63,445 nucleotides of DNA, filler included, from Octopus bimaculoides (GCF_001194135.2; 5 parts of 5 records of this genome joined end to end with filler, not necessarily neighbours in it); one strand, 5' to 3'; counted from the whole stretch's first letter, positions 9,257 to 20,644 are shown. Made by a program: numbers and translations. The notes: generated by a model from the letters alone, not told the origin.

Positions 9257-12200
9257 GGTAAGGAGCTTCTTACCACACAGCCCCTGCCTGTGCGTGCCTT
9301 ACTCTCTCTGTTTGTCCAACACCACTACCACCACCATCACCACCGCTCGACAAGTGGGGAGGGGGTGAGTTTATGTTCCTGTAACTTTATGGTTTGGCAA
9401 AAGATACTGACAGAATAAGTGCCAGGCTTAAAAAAAAATTAAAGTACTGGGGTTGATGTTTGACAGAAAATTCTTCAAGTAGAGTGGTGTGTCTTGTCTA
9501 AGGTTTATAGCTGAGGTTGACTCTGGTGACAAGTAGAGTGATGTGTCTTGTCTAAGGTTTACACCTAAGGAAGACTGAGGTGATAAATGGAGTGGTGTGT
9601 CTTGTCTAAGTTACATCTAAGGTTGACTATGGTGACAAGTTGAGTGGTGTGTCTTGCCTAAGGTGACAAGTAGAGTAGTGTGTCTTGTCTAAGGTTTACA
9701 ACTGAGGTTGACTGACGTGACAAATAGAGTGGTGTGTCTTGCCTAAGGTTACATCTGAGATTGACTGTGGTGACAAGTAGAGTGGTGTGTCTTGTCTAAG
9801 GTCTACATCTGAGGCTGACTGAGGGACAAGTAGAGTGGTGTGTCTTGTGTAAGGCGACAAGTAGAGTGGTGTGTCTTGCCTAAGGTGACAAGTAGAGTAG
9901 TGTGTCTTGTCTAAGGTTTACAACTGAAGTTGACTGACGTGACAAATAGAGTGGTGTGTCTTGCTTAAGGTTTATAGCAAATGCAGAGTGTTGATGTGAA
10001 AGAAAAATCAGAGCTGAGAGACTTGCCCAAGATAGCTTACCTTCTGAAAAAGCGATGCCTAGTACCACACCGAAGCCGGTGATGGCCAGGACATCATCGA
10101 TGCTTGCGGCAGCAATCACCAAGGTGGGGATCCCTTTGTCGATTCCGTAACCATTGTCTTGAAGATAAAGCAAGCAGGGGACGACAACAGCCGGGGACAC
10201 TGCAGCAATGACAAAGCTGATGAGAGAGAGAAAGAGATAGAGTGAGAGAGAGTACAGCAGGGTTCGCCACCATCCCCTGCCGGAGCCTCGTGGAGCTTTT
10301 AGGTGTTTTCGCTCAATAAACACTCACAACGCCCGGTCTGGGAATCGAAACTGCGATCCTATGACCGCNNNNNNNNNNNNNNNNNNNNNNNNNNNNNNNN
10401 NNNNNNNNNNNNNNNNNNNNNNNNNNNNNNNNNNNNNNNNNNNNNNNNNNNNNNNNNNNNNNNNNNNNNNNNNNNNNNNNNNNNNNNNNNNNNNNNNNNN
10501 NNNNNNNNNNNNNNNNNNNNNNNNNNNNNNNNNNNNNNNNNNNNNNNNNNNNNNNNNNNNNNNNNNNNNNNNNNNNNNNNNNNNNNNNNNNNNNNNNNNN
10601 NNNNNNNNNNNNNNNNNNNNNNNNNNNNNNNNNNNNGTAAGAGTGAGAGAAAGTTGTGGTGAAAGAGTACAGCAGGGTTCGCCACCATCCCCTGCCGGAG
10701 CCTCGTGGAGTCTTAGGTGTTTTCGCTCAATAAACACTCACAATGCCCGGTCTGGGAATCGAAACCGCGATCCTATGACCGCGAGTCCGCTGCCCTAACC
10801 ACTGGGCCATTGCGCCTCCACATTCTCACAGGAACAACAAAAAAATATGAAAAAAAAATGTAGAGAAACATTGATTGTATGGTACCCTGTGATGAGACTT
10901 ACCCAAGCATGATACCCCATATCCAGGGTAGGCCAAGAAGGAAGTGGGATGCAATGGTCGCTACAAGGGTTTCGATCAGGCACGGACAAAAGGCCAGCCT
11001 CACCACTGCAAAGGACAACTTCCGCAGGGCATCTGGGTCGAGCCCCAATCCAGCACGGATTAAGATCACGGTGAGGGCAGTGTTCCTGGAGGAGAAGAAG
11101 AAGAGAAGGGGAAATACATGATTAGAGGATGGCTGGTTGGTTTGTAGACAGAGAGGAAGAGAGAGAGAGAGAGGGCGGAGAGAGAGGGAGAGGAAGAGAG
11201 AGATAGAGAGGAAGAGGAATAAAGAAACAGAGAGAGGGGGAAGAGAGAGGAAGAGGAATAAAGAAACAGAGAGAGGGNNNNNNNNNNNNNNNNNNNNNNN
11301 NNNNNNNNNNNNNNNNNNNNNNNNNNNNNNNNNNNNNNNNNNNNNNNNNNNNNNNNNNNNNNNNNNNNNNNNNNNNNNNNNNNNNNNNNNNNNNNNNNNN
11401 NNNNNNNNNNNNNNNNNNNNNNNNNNNNNNNNNNNNNNNNNNNNNNNNNNNNNNNNNNNNNNNNNNNNNNNNNNNNNNNNNNNNNNNNNNNNNNNNNNNN
11501 NNNNNNNNNNNNNNNNNNNNNNNNNNNNNNNNNNNNNNNNNNNNNNNNNNNNNNNNNNNNNNNNNNNNNNNNNNNNNNNNNNNNNNNNNNNNNNNNNNNN
11601 NNNNNNNNNNNNNNNNNNNNNNNNNNNNNNNNNNNNNNNNNNNNNNNNNNNNNNNNNNNNNNNNNNNNNNNNNNNNNNNNNNNNNNNNNNNNNNNNNNNN
11701 NNNNNNNNNNNNNNNNNNNNNNNNNNNNNNNNNNNNNNNNNNNNNNNNNNNNNNNNNNNNNNNNNNNNNNNNNNNNNNNNNNNNNNNNNNNNNNNNNNNN
11801 NNNNNNNNNNNNNNNNNNNNNNNNNNNNNNNNNNNNNNNNNNNNNNNNNNNNNNNNNNNNNNNNNNNNNNNNNNNNNNNNNNNNNNNNNNNNNNNNNNNN
11901 NNNNNNNNNNNNNNNNNNNNNNNNNNNNNNNNNNNNNNNNNNNNNNNNNNNNNNNNNNNNNNNNNNNNNNNNNNNNNNNNNNNNNNNNNNNNNNNNNNNN
12001 NNNNNNNNNNNNNNNNNNNNNNNNNNNNNNNNNNNNNNNNNNNNNNNNNNNNNNNNNNNNNNNNNNNNNNNNNNNNNNNNNNNNNNNNNNNNGAGAGGAA
12101 TTCTTTGGGGTTTGGATAATTCCCCTCTGGAAACATGGGTGTTTTGCTCAACATCCTTAAACAAACCTTATTCAGGGACCTTTCGAGCAGGATGGGCTAC

Positions 12201-12403
12201 TCGACCTGAAGAAAATTCTAACTGGGCCCCACCTGCGAGGTCATGCGCTGTTTATCTTGATATAAGATCACCATGTCGCGCACATATAGTTGTGATGCAT
12301 GTGCCTGGTGTACTTTTATCAGACGGGTAGTCATGATGGGTATAATGGGCTTCGTATATTTTACCCCAGTGTCACTTTGATGGCATGCACCGCTCTCTCA
12401 CTC

Positions 12404-12434
<31 letters not shown>

Positions 12435-12937
12435 TTAATAATAATAATAATAATAATAATATCAATAATAATAATAATGCTATACTCACCAAGTAAAGGG
12501 GGTAACTTAAGGAACTGTATAAAGTACCCTCCTGTAACGCAGGCAACAAAAAGTACCCAGAGAGCAAATATGTTGGACCCAGGAAGGGCTGCATTACCCA
12601 ACAGTGATACCAGAACTCCGAACAGAAGGGCAAAACTCAGCACGCTTGTAATATATGCTCCAAGAAGGCCTTGTGGGGGGCACAAAAGGGCATGCTTGAA
12701 GCGTTGGCATTGTGTTGGGTTTTCTGGCAAAGGGTTCTCGGCCCTGCCAAGGACGGCGTTGAGAGACTGGCCGACCCTGTGACAGAAGGAAAAACAAGGC
12801 CGGGACGAGGCCTTCGTCGTGCTCTTCAACTGCAGTTTTTGCTGTTCAATATCATCTTCTGTGTCCCCTTCCTTGTCTCCGATGAAGCTCTTTCTCGGAC
12901 CCGGAGAAGAAGGGATCACACCAGGGTGAGTGGTCAT
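5201..12937 (-). CDS. NHA2: NHA2/SLC9B-type Na+/H+ antiporter (CPA2 family), multi-exon gene model with two exons missing in gaps
   Basis: join(12490-12937, [gap exon], 10903-11085, 10041-10216, [gap exon], 7172-7336, 6596-6704, 6057-6193, 5761-5835, 5201-5398). All visible introns are GT-AG and phases match wherever both neighbours are visible. Family motifs recognised: LPPLLG, ILIRAGLGLD, AVSPAVVVP, AAASIDDVLAITGF (DD motif), FQPLLFGLIGAEV, AWLPKATVQAAIG, ILITAPIG. The two missing exons fit the N-gaps at 11278-12092 and 8381-9225 (inference). Confidence 0.93.
5445..5724. repeat. Minisatellite of 11-12-bp (c/t)aatGAATTCa units filling the last NHA2 intron
   Basis: 25 units and 18 GAATTC sites counted by eye; includes a 34-bp higher-order unit repeated three times. 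Confidence 0.92.
5761..5835 (-). CDS. NHA2: NHA2-like exon (AAIGSVALSTAREKNKTELESYGQI); not in the ORF track
   Basis: Acceptor ctcttcacag| and donor ATA|GTAAGT; 75 nt, phase 0-0. Confidence 0.93.
6057..6193 (-). CDS. NHA2: NHA2-like exon (YGIATLGIGLVFRML...AWLPKATVQ)
   Basis: Acceptor tctgcag| and donor CAG|GTAAGT; phase 1-0. Confidence 0.94.
6596..6704 (-). CDS. NHA2: NHA2-like exon (ELISNSTAVLWLIFQPLLFGLIGAEVDVEKLNAKTI-G); not in the ORF track
   Basis: Acceptor ttttgcag| and donor G|GTATGT; 109 nt, phase 0-1. Confidence 0.93.
7172..7336 (-). CDS. NHA2: NHA2-like exon (NNSIFLRGFL...GWRKKRELQVL)
   Basis: Acceptor ttttcag| and donor CTG|GTAAGT; 165 nt, phase 0-0. Confidence 0.9.
7822..7985 (-). 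mobile_element. Family G repeat (Penelope-like terminal repeat); this copy lacks the hammerhead core
   Basis: Matches 19043-19207 and 24471-24660 (GGGATGGTCATATTGCCAGT...CCTATTTCGGCCAG...TGGTCCTTTG) apart from a 33-nt deletion. Confidence 0.7.
8150..8370 (+). mobile_element. Family H repeat (Penelope-like end); other copies at about 2090-2240 and 21775-21930
   Basis: Shared GAAGAG...GCTCGAAACGT-AAAGACTTTC...AACTAATACATC...TTTACACCACCTGTC segment; boundaries approximate. Confidence 0.55.
9477..9975. repeat. Minisatellite with core GACAAGTAGAGTGGTGTGTCTTGTCTAAGG (11 copies, units of about 30 and 54 bp)
   Basis: Direct inspection; the inter-core segments are homologous to each other. Confidence 0.9.
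10041..10216 (-). CDS. NHA2: NHA2-like exon (FVIAAVSPAVVVP...SIDDVLAITGF...FSE-G)
   Basis: Acceptor ctcatcag| and donor G|GTAAGC; Asp-Asp codons at 10093-10098. Confidence 0.95.
10903..11085 (-). CDS. NHA2: NHA2-like exon (NTALTVILIRAGLGLD...WIWGIMLG)
   Basis: Acceptor ctcctccag| and donor GG|GTAAGT; phase 2-2. Confidence 0.93.
12490..12937 (-). CDS. NHA2: NHA2-like exon, first coding (MTTHPG...LKLPPLL-G)
   Basis: ATG at 12937; donor G|GTGAGT at 12489, phase 1. The start codon is the least certain part. Confidence 0.85.
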
Positions 12938-13899
12938 CGTTGGGTTTTGTGGAATTGCTGGTTTATAATCACAGATAATGTTATCAGATGGTTATTGTTA
13001 TCAATATCAGTTGGTCCCAAATACATTCAATATATTGTTGTAACTTCTGCTTAATATTATCAACTGGTTAGCGTTATCTTAAAGGCTCCATCCTAAAGTG
13101 ATAACGTTACACAACTTCCACTGTGTATGCATGTCTACATACGTATGCATGTGCTTATATAACGTTATGTGTGTATATAATTACTATATACATATATAAA
13201 TTATATATACATGCATATATATGTAAGTGTGTGTGTATATATGTATATATTTAGAAGAGTAAAATAATAAAGATTTCGCAAATATTTCATAATTTGATTC
13301 CGAATTCTACAGCTATTTCAACAATGTTTTGCATCGTCATTGATATGATTACTTAACCGATATGCAAAAAACACGCAATTAATTTAAATGTGATGAACGA
13401 ATCACTTCATCTGGAGGTAAAATGACTGCTTTAATATAATATATTGGAGTCCAGTGATATGTTGATAATTGAGATCATAAAATTCAGTGGATATATTTTA
13501 CAGTGTGAGAATTCAAATTCAAAAAATTAGATGTATATATATATAAAAGTATTTTTATTTATATATTAGTTCTTTAGAGTCTTCCTGCCATTACGTATTG
13601 TATATGTGTGTGTATTTATATAGTTATTTTTAAAATTGTTGCTTTACGACATCAGGAGGAAATGTTCTGAGCAGTTATGCAAAAGGTTTACTGTTGCGTC
13701 AACCAATACATCAAGGGTGAAGTGGGCACCTGAAAAAAATAATAGCAAAAGGGCTGAAATTAAGGTACAAATCAATAATGAATAATAACAATAATGATAA
13801 TAATAATGATAATAATAATGAATTTGATTACACAGAGCCCAGTGTTTCGATGGAACTGTAATTTATCACCCCCCAAAAGAATGAAAGGCAAAGCTGACC

Positions 13900-13939
<40 letters not shown>

Positions 13940-14051
13940 TAAGATAAATAAAATATCAATTGTTTCAATGCATAGTCTTTTGGCCCATCCCGTGTGTACA
14001 CACACAGACACACACTCCTACATACATACGTCCATACATACATACATGCAG

Positions 14052-14101
<50 letters not shown>

Positions 14102-14553
14102 TAGAATTAGAAATAGAAAATATTTGGCATATTATTATTACATATTTGAAAAAATGGATAGAAATGGCTTTTCTGATAAATTTTCCACTTTAAAAATTTG
14201 ACAGCTTTTCAATGATCACTAGAACTGGTAGCATACCATAATAATACTACTGGTTATTTGGGAATTCTAAGGGTGAACAAGTTCTATTTGTACTGTAATG
14301 TGTTCTTAACGGAACGCACCTCAACTATATATATATATGTATATATATAAAAAACATTTAATAAGAGGAATGACCACTAAAGTGGTAAGGCGATTTGACA
14401 TCTATCTCTAGCATATAGGAATCCACTTTAGTAGTCAATCCTCTTATTAATTGTAATATGATTTTTAAATCTTCAGATTTTCTTTGAATATGTTAGACCA
14501 CTGGTTTAAATTGATGTTAATTGATTGATATTAATTTCTACCCTCATTATTTA

Positions 14554-14588
<35 letters not shown>

Positions 14589-14593
14589 CATTC

Positions 14594-14658
<65 letters not shown>

Positions 14659-15204
14659 TACAGGTGCAGGTAATGGCTATGTGGTAAGAAGCTTGCTTAC
14701 CAACCACATGGTTCTGGGTTCAGTCCCACTGTGTGACACCTTGGGCAAGTGTCTTCTGCTAAAGTCTCGTAAGTACATCGCTTGACAACTGATGTTGGTG
14801 TGTTTATGGTCCTTGTAACTTAGCAGTTCAGCAAAAAGAGACCGATAGAATAAGTACTAGGCTTACAAAGAATAAGTCCTCGGGTCGATTTCTTTGACTA
14901 AGAGGCGGTGCTCCAGCATGACCAAAACAAATAACAGAATCAAAGAATATATATATACATATATTAGATGAACGGATGTACGCAAATTGACCATACTCAC
15001 ACCATTAAGCAGTGAATCTCTTGTTGCTGACCACAGCTGTACCTAGAAAACCTCTCTTCTGCAACCACTGGTCACTATCTGCATCAGATGCGTGCAGTAG
15101 ATATGTGCAACAGTTTGCACCAAGTGCATCAGTGTCAGTTACGCTCCAGACTGTTTGCAAGTATCCCCTGCACCACTGCAGCCCTTACCACCCACTTTTA
15201 GCCA

Positions 15205-15745
15205 GTGGTGGTGGTGGTGGTTGTGACAATTGTGATGGTAGTGGTCGTGGTGGTGGTGGTGGTGGCAGTGGTGGCAGTTGTGGTAATGATGATGGTGGTG
15301 GTTGTGACAATTGTGATGGTAGTAGTAGTAGTGGTGGTGGTGACAGTTGTGGTGATGGTGTTGGTGGTGGTGGCAGTTGTGGTGGTAGTGATGGTAATGA
15401 TGGCAGTGGTGGTTGTGGTTGTGGTGGTTGAGGTGGCGGTTCTGGACAGTGGTTGGTTGTTTGGCCCACTGGATTGTTGGCTGGACGGTTTGTCGGTTGG
15501 TTAGATCAGAATTTACCACCACTACCACCACCACCACCACACCACCACCATCACAACTACCACCACCACCACTACTATCACCATCCTTACAATGACAATT
15601 ACAATAACCACCACCACCACCACCACCACAACCTCTCAAGGATTAACACACAGTTGGGCTGGTCAGATCTAGGATTAATGAATGAAGTGGTCCTGGCTGT
15701 GGTGTCCCTGTGGTAGTGATGGTAGTGGTGGTGGTGGTGGCAGCG
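15205..15745. repeat. Compound (GGT)n / (ACC)n / (GGT)n trinucleotide tracts
   Basis: Direct inspection; source of the poly-V/G/H/P pseudo-ORFs in the ORF track. Confidence 0.9.
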
Positions 15746-15995
15746 GGGTGGGGGGTGCATGAGAATGTCACGTTTCTGAGGACATGTCAACATACGCTGA
15801 TTGGCTCCCTACACTAAGATATATATATATATGTGTGTGTGTGTTAGTGTATAGACTGTTGTGTATATAAAATGATGATGATAATGTACTGAGACACAGT
15901 GTATATGCTCTATATACTCATTTCTATATTGTAAGTGTTTTGCCCCAATACAAACACAAATTATATTAATTACTAACACATGCATACACACACAA

Positions 15996-16069
<74 letters not shown>

Positions 16070-16433
16070 NNNNNNNNNNNNNNNNNNNNNNNNNNNNNNN
16101 NNNNNNNNNNNNNNNNNNNNNNNNNNNNNNNNNNNNNNNNNNNNNNNNNNNNNNNNNNNNNNNNNNNNNNNNNNNNNNNNNNNNNNNNNNNNNNNNNNNN
16201 NNNNNNNNNNNNNNNNNNNNNNNNNNNNNNNNNNNNNNNNNNNNNNNNNNNNNNNNNNNNNNNNNNNNNNNNNNNNNNNNNNNNNNNNNNNNNNNNNNNN
16301 NNNNNNNNNNNNNNNNNNNNNNNNNNNNNNNNNNNNNNNNNNNNNNNNNNNNNNNNNNNNNNNNNNNNNNNNNNNNNNNNNNNNNNNNNNNNNNNNNNNN
16401 NNNNNNNNNNNNNNNNNNNNNNNNNNNNNNNNN

Positions 16434-16487
<54 letters not shown>

Positions 16488-16523
16488 CATATATGTATAT
16501 ATATATGTGTGTGTATGTATACA

Positions 16524-16566
<43 letters not shown>

Positions 16567-16974
16567 GTATACATACATACATATATATATATACACACAC
16601 ATACATACATATATACATTGTGTATACATATATATGTATACACACACACACACACACATACAAATATGTATGTATGTGCTGATAATAAATGTACACACCC
16701 AACTTACAAACTATTATATTCTAAATGTTTGTCTATATACAAACAAACATACAACACAAGATGTATGGCTATATATGTTTGTCTATGTAATCATCATCAC
16801 CATCATCACCATCATCATCATCATCATCATCATCACTGTCATTGTCATTTTTAATATCTACTCTCCCATGTTTGAATGGGGTCAGACTCAGATAAGCCAG
16901 CATGTGTAATAATTCTCACGCACACGCCACAAAGAGTGAGAGGAGGCTGGAGAAAGCTCAGACACTTATTAATC

Positions 16975-17165
16975 TTTTTTTAGTAATAAATGATTTCTCT
17001 CCTGGAATGAAAGCCAGTCCCTCGTCGTTTCGTCAATGAGACTCACCATCTGGAGATCCTTTCCCACCACTTTGTCCCACACCTTCCTGGGTCTACCTCT
17101 TCCACAGGTACCCTCCACAATTAGCACTTGGTACTTCTTTACGCAGCTGTCCTCATCCATGGTGG
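16975..17165 (-). mobile_element. RTE-clade LINE ORF C-terminal fragment
   Basis: MDEDSCVKKYQVLIVEGTCGRGRPRKVWDKVV. Confidence 0.72.
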
Positions 17166-19042
17166 TTAGGGCGTTGCACTCACGATGTAGCAGTCATGAT
17201 TTCATTTCCAAGGCTGGGTGGTGTGCTGTGTTCTTAAGCAAAACACTTCATCTCTTGTTGCTCTGCAATCACTGACCCATAGCACATAGTGCCACTGTTC
17301 AGACGAAGTCAATTTGATGGAGAGAGTGATCTAATGAACAGCACATACATTTGACCACTATAAAAGAATCATTTGTGGAGGCCGTTCGGCAAAAAGCAGT
17401 ACTCTCATATGTTGTCTTCGACTGGAGAGTTCAGTATATATATATCATCATCATCCTCATCATCATCGTTTAACGTCCGCTTTCCATGCTAGCATGGGTT
17501 GGATGATTTGACTGAGGACTGGTGAAACCGGATGGCAACACCAGGCTCCAGTCTGATTTGGCAAAGTTTCTACAGCTGGATGCCCTTCCTAAAGCCAACC
17601 ACTCAGAGAGTGTAGTGGGTGCTTTTACGTGTCACCCGCACGAAAACGGCCACGCTCGAAATGGTGTCTTTTATGTGCNNNNNNNNNNNNNNNNNNNNNN
17701 NNNNNNNNNNNNNNNNNNNNNNNNNNNNNNNNNNNNNNNNNNNNNNNNNNNNNNNNNNNNNNNNNNNNNNNNNNNNNNNNNNNNNNNNNNNNNNNNNNNN
17801 NNNNNNNNNNNNNNNNNNNNNNNNNNNNNNNNNNNNNNNNNNNNNNNNNNNNNNNNNNNNNNNNNNNNNNNNNNNNNNNNNNNNNNNNNNNNNNNNNNNN
17901 NNNNNNNNNNNNNNNNNNNNNNNNNNNNNNNNNNNNNNNNNNNNNNNNNNNNNNNNNNNNNNNNNNNNNNNNNNNNNNNNNNNNNNNNNNNNNNNNNNNN
18001 NNNNNNNNNNNNNNNNNNNNNNNNNNNNNNNNNNNNNNNNNNNNNNNNNNNNNNNNNNNNNNNNNNNNNNNNNNNNNNNNNNNNNNNNNNNNNNNNNNNN
18101 NNNNNNNNNNNNNNNNNNNNNNNNNNNNNNNNNNNNNNNNNNNNNNNNNNNNNNNNNNNNNNNNNNNNNNNNNNNNNNNNNNNNNNNNNNNNNNNNNNNN
18201 NNNNNNNNNNNNNNNNNNNNNNNNNNNNNNNNNNNNNNNNNNNNNNNNNNNNNNNNNNNNNNNNNNNNNNNNNNNNNNNNNNNNNNNNNNNNNNNNNNNN
18301 NNNNNNNNNNNNNNNNNNNNNNNNNNNNNNNNNNNNNNNNNNNNNNNNNNNNNNNNNNNNNNNNNNNNNNNNNNNNNNNNNNNNNNNNNNNNNNNNNNNN
18401 NNNNNNNNNNNNTATATATAGACTGGGATGCAGACATCTAAAATTGCTCTATTTTTTTTTTGTTTTTGTAACTACCATATGGCAACTACATGAAATTTTG
18501 CACAACGGTAGAGAAAAATATGAATTACAGCCCCACAAACTCATCAAGCGTGAAAAGTGCTCATGAATGAGTTATCATACTTTTACTTTTAGTATTTCAT
18601 AATTATGTCTGTCGACCTCTTGAGTTTGAAATTGGAAACTAGGCCAATGGTGTGTGTATTAGACTGCTTTTTTGTTGTGAAGGCAAGATTATGATTTCGG
18701 AATAAATAAGATTGTGAACTTAAATTTACATACTATTAGAAGGTGTTTTTATTAGTTTTTACTTGAAATATTTTCACTTACTGAGACACGTTTGCAAACC
18801 ATTTAAATTAGATAAGAAAGGGGAGTGGGGTTACGAAGGGTAAATATTGTCTGACCTATGAAGCGTGTCAAATGTGAAGAAATACATGTAGTAATCTTTA
18901 AAAATAATAATAACGATGATGTAAAGAATAAAAAGTTTTGAATGGTACAAAAAATGGACTATATACCTGTTGTAATTTAGTTATCTATAGTCTAATAGTA
19001 TAATGATGATGATGATGATAATAATAATAACAATAATACTAG

Positions 19043-19207
19043 TTGTTGTACTTGGGGATGGTCATATTGCCAGTTTAGCCAATAAAAACACACGCACTGT
19101 ATATTTGGTGTTAATTTGCTTCAGCTTTATATTACATAATATTACATTAATCCTATTTCGGCCAGAGTTCTTTCGTCACACTTCTGTGACCTCATCAGTG
19201 GTCCTTT
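19043..19207 (-). mobile_element. Family G repeat (Penelope-like terminal repeat)
   Basis: Three dispersed copies in the window; carries a hammerhead motif. Confidence 0.65.
19160..19204 (-). ncRNA. Minimal type-I hammerhead ribozyme motif in a Penelope-like terminal repeat (family G)
   Basis: GGACCA-CUGAUGA-G-GUCACA(GAAG)UGUGAC-GAAA-GAACUC/UGGCC: intact core, 6-bp stem II, CUC cleavage triplet, stem I GG(A)CCA/UGGCC. Confidence 0.75.
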
Positions 19208-20469
19208 GATGTAAACGGAACAAATTAATACTTGTAATATTAACAAGACCAAAGAAACTCATCATTTTTCTCTCGTCTCCCTCATCCCTGTCTTACACTT
19301 TTTTCTTCTGCCCTCAGCCTCTTCTCTCATACCCGTACCTCTATCTCTCACTCTCTCTCTCGACTTCTTGCATGCATGCATAAACACACATACATACGCG
19401 TACATGCACACACAGACCCCCCCACTCTCTTTCTCCACATCTCTTCATTCCAAACAGAAAATTTTGAGAAATGATAAAAGCATCCACACATGTAATATTA
19501 ATACCAATCTGCTTTACTATAAAGTAACTTGGACATTTGACATTTGTGATATAAAACAGTCATTGATATCCATTTTCAGCTTGTCTTCATTAATAACACC
19601 TTATATTGGTAGATTATTAATGACTGCATAAATTGAATTGAATAAATCCAAAGGTCCCAAAGCAGTTCGTGATATGACCAGGTTGCATTGCCCATGTACA
19701 GCATTATAAATGCACTTCATACCTACATCTGGTCATCATTTCAAAGCTGTGTCTAACATCATATACATTTCCAGTTAATGCAGGATGAAAACTTTACCAT
19801 AAAGGTAAATGCCTGTAAAATAATATCATGGGTTTAAATATGGGAATTTACTACTACTTCTGTACCTCACTGGAGAAGTGACAAACTATGCTTGTAATGA
19901 ATTACAATTGAATTTGATGCATGAATATGCAAACAAGTAAAATTGGCTGTGTGGTAAGTAGCTTGCTTACCAACCACATGGTTCTGGGTTCAGTCCCACT
20001 GCATGGCACCTTGGGCAAGTGTCCTCTACTATAGCCTCGGGCCGACCAAAGCCTTGTGAGTGGATTTGGTAGACGGAAACTGAAAGAAACCTGTCGTATA
20101 TATGTATGGTCGGACCGAGACTATAGTAGAAGACACTTGNNNNNNNNNNNNNNNNNNNNNNNNNNNNNNNNNNNNNNNNNNNNNNNNNNNNNNNNNNNNN
20201 NNNNNNNNNNNNNNNNNNNNNNNNNNNNNNNNNNNNNNNNNNNNNNNNNNNNNNNNNNNNNNNNNNNNNNNNNNNNNNNNNNNNNNNNNNNNNNNNNNNN
20301 NNNNNNNNNNNNNNNNNNNNNNNNNNNNNNNNNNNNNNNNNNNNNNNNNNNNNNNNNNNNNNNNNNNNNNNNNNNNNNNNNNNNNNNNNNNNNNNNNNNN
20401 NNNNNNNNNNNNNNNNNNNNNNNNNNNNNNNNNNNNNNNNNNNNNNNNNNNNNNNNNNNNNNNNNNNNN

Positions 20470-20506
<37 letters not shown>

Positions 20507-20644
20507 CACACACACACATTCAAATACACACATATACACAAACACATATATATATCCCTAAACCTGTACTTTTTCCAAGTGTCAGTGACTTCCTCTGCGC
20601 ACAATTTTCTCACACTCAGAGGAATCGGTAATTAAAAAACGCTC

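Noticed and set aside
9477-9975. Repeat-spacer-like array as a CRISPR
   Set aside because: The inter-repeat segments are homologous to each other, there are no cas genes, and the context is a eukaryotic intron. The same applies to 5445-5724 and 26295-26362.
10241-10820. Tandem duplication of SINE B around the gap at 10369-10635
   Set aside because: The two sides differ at only a few bases and flank a gap; unmerged haplotypes cannot be excluded.
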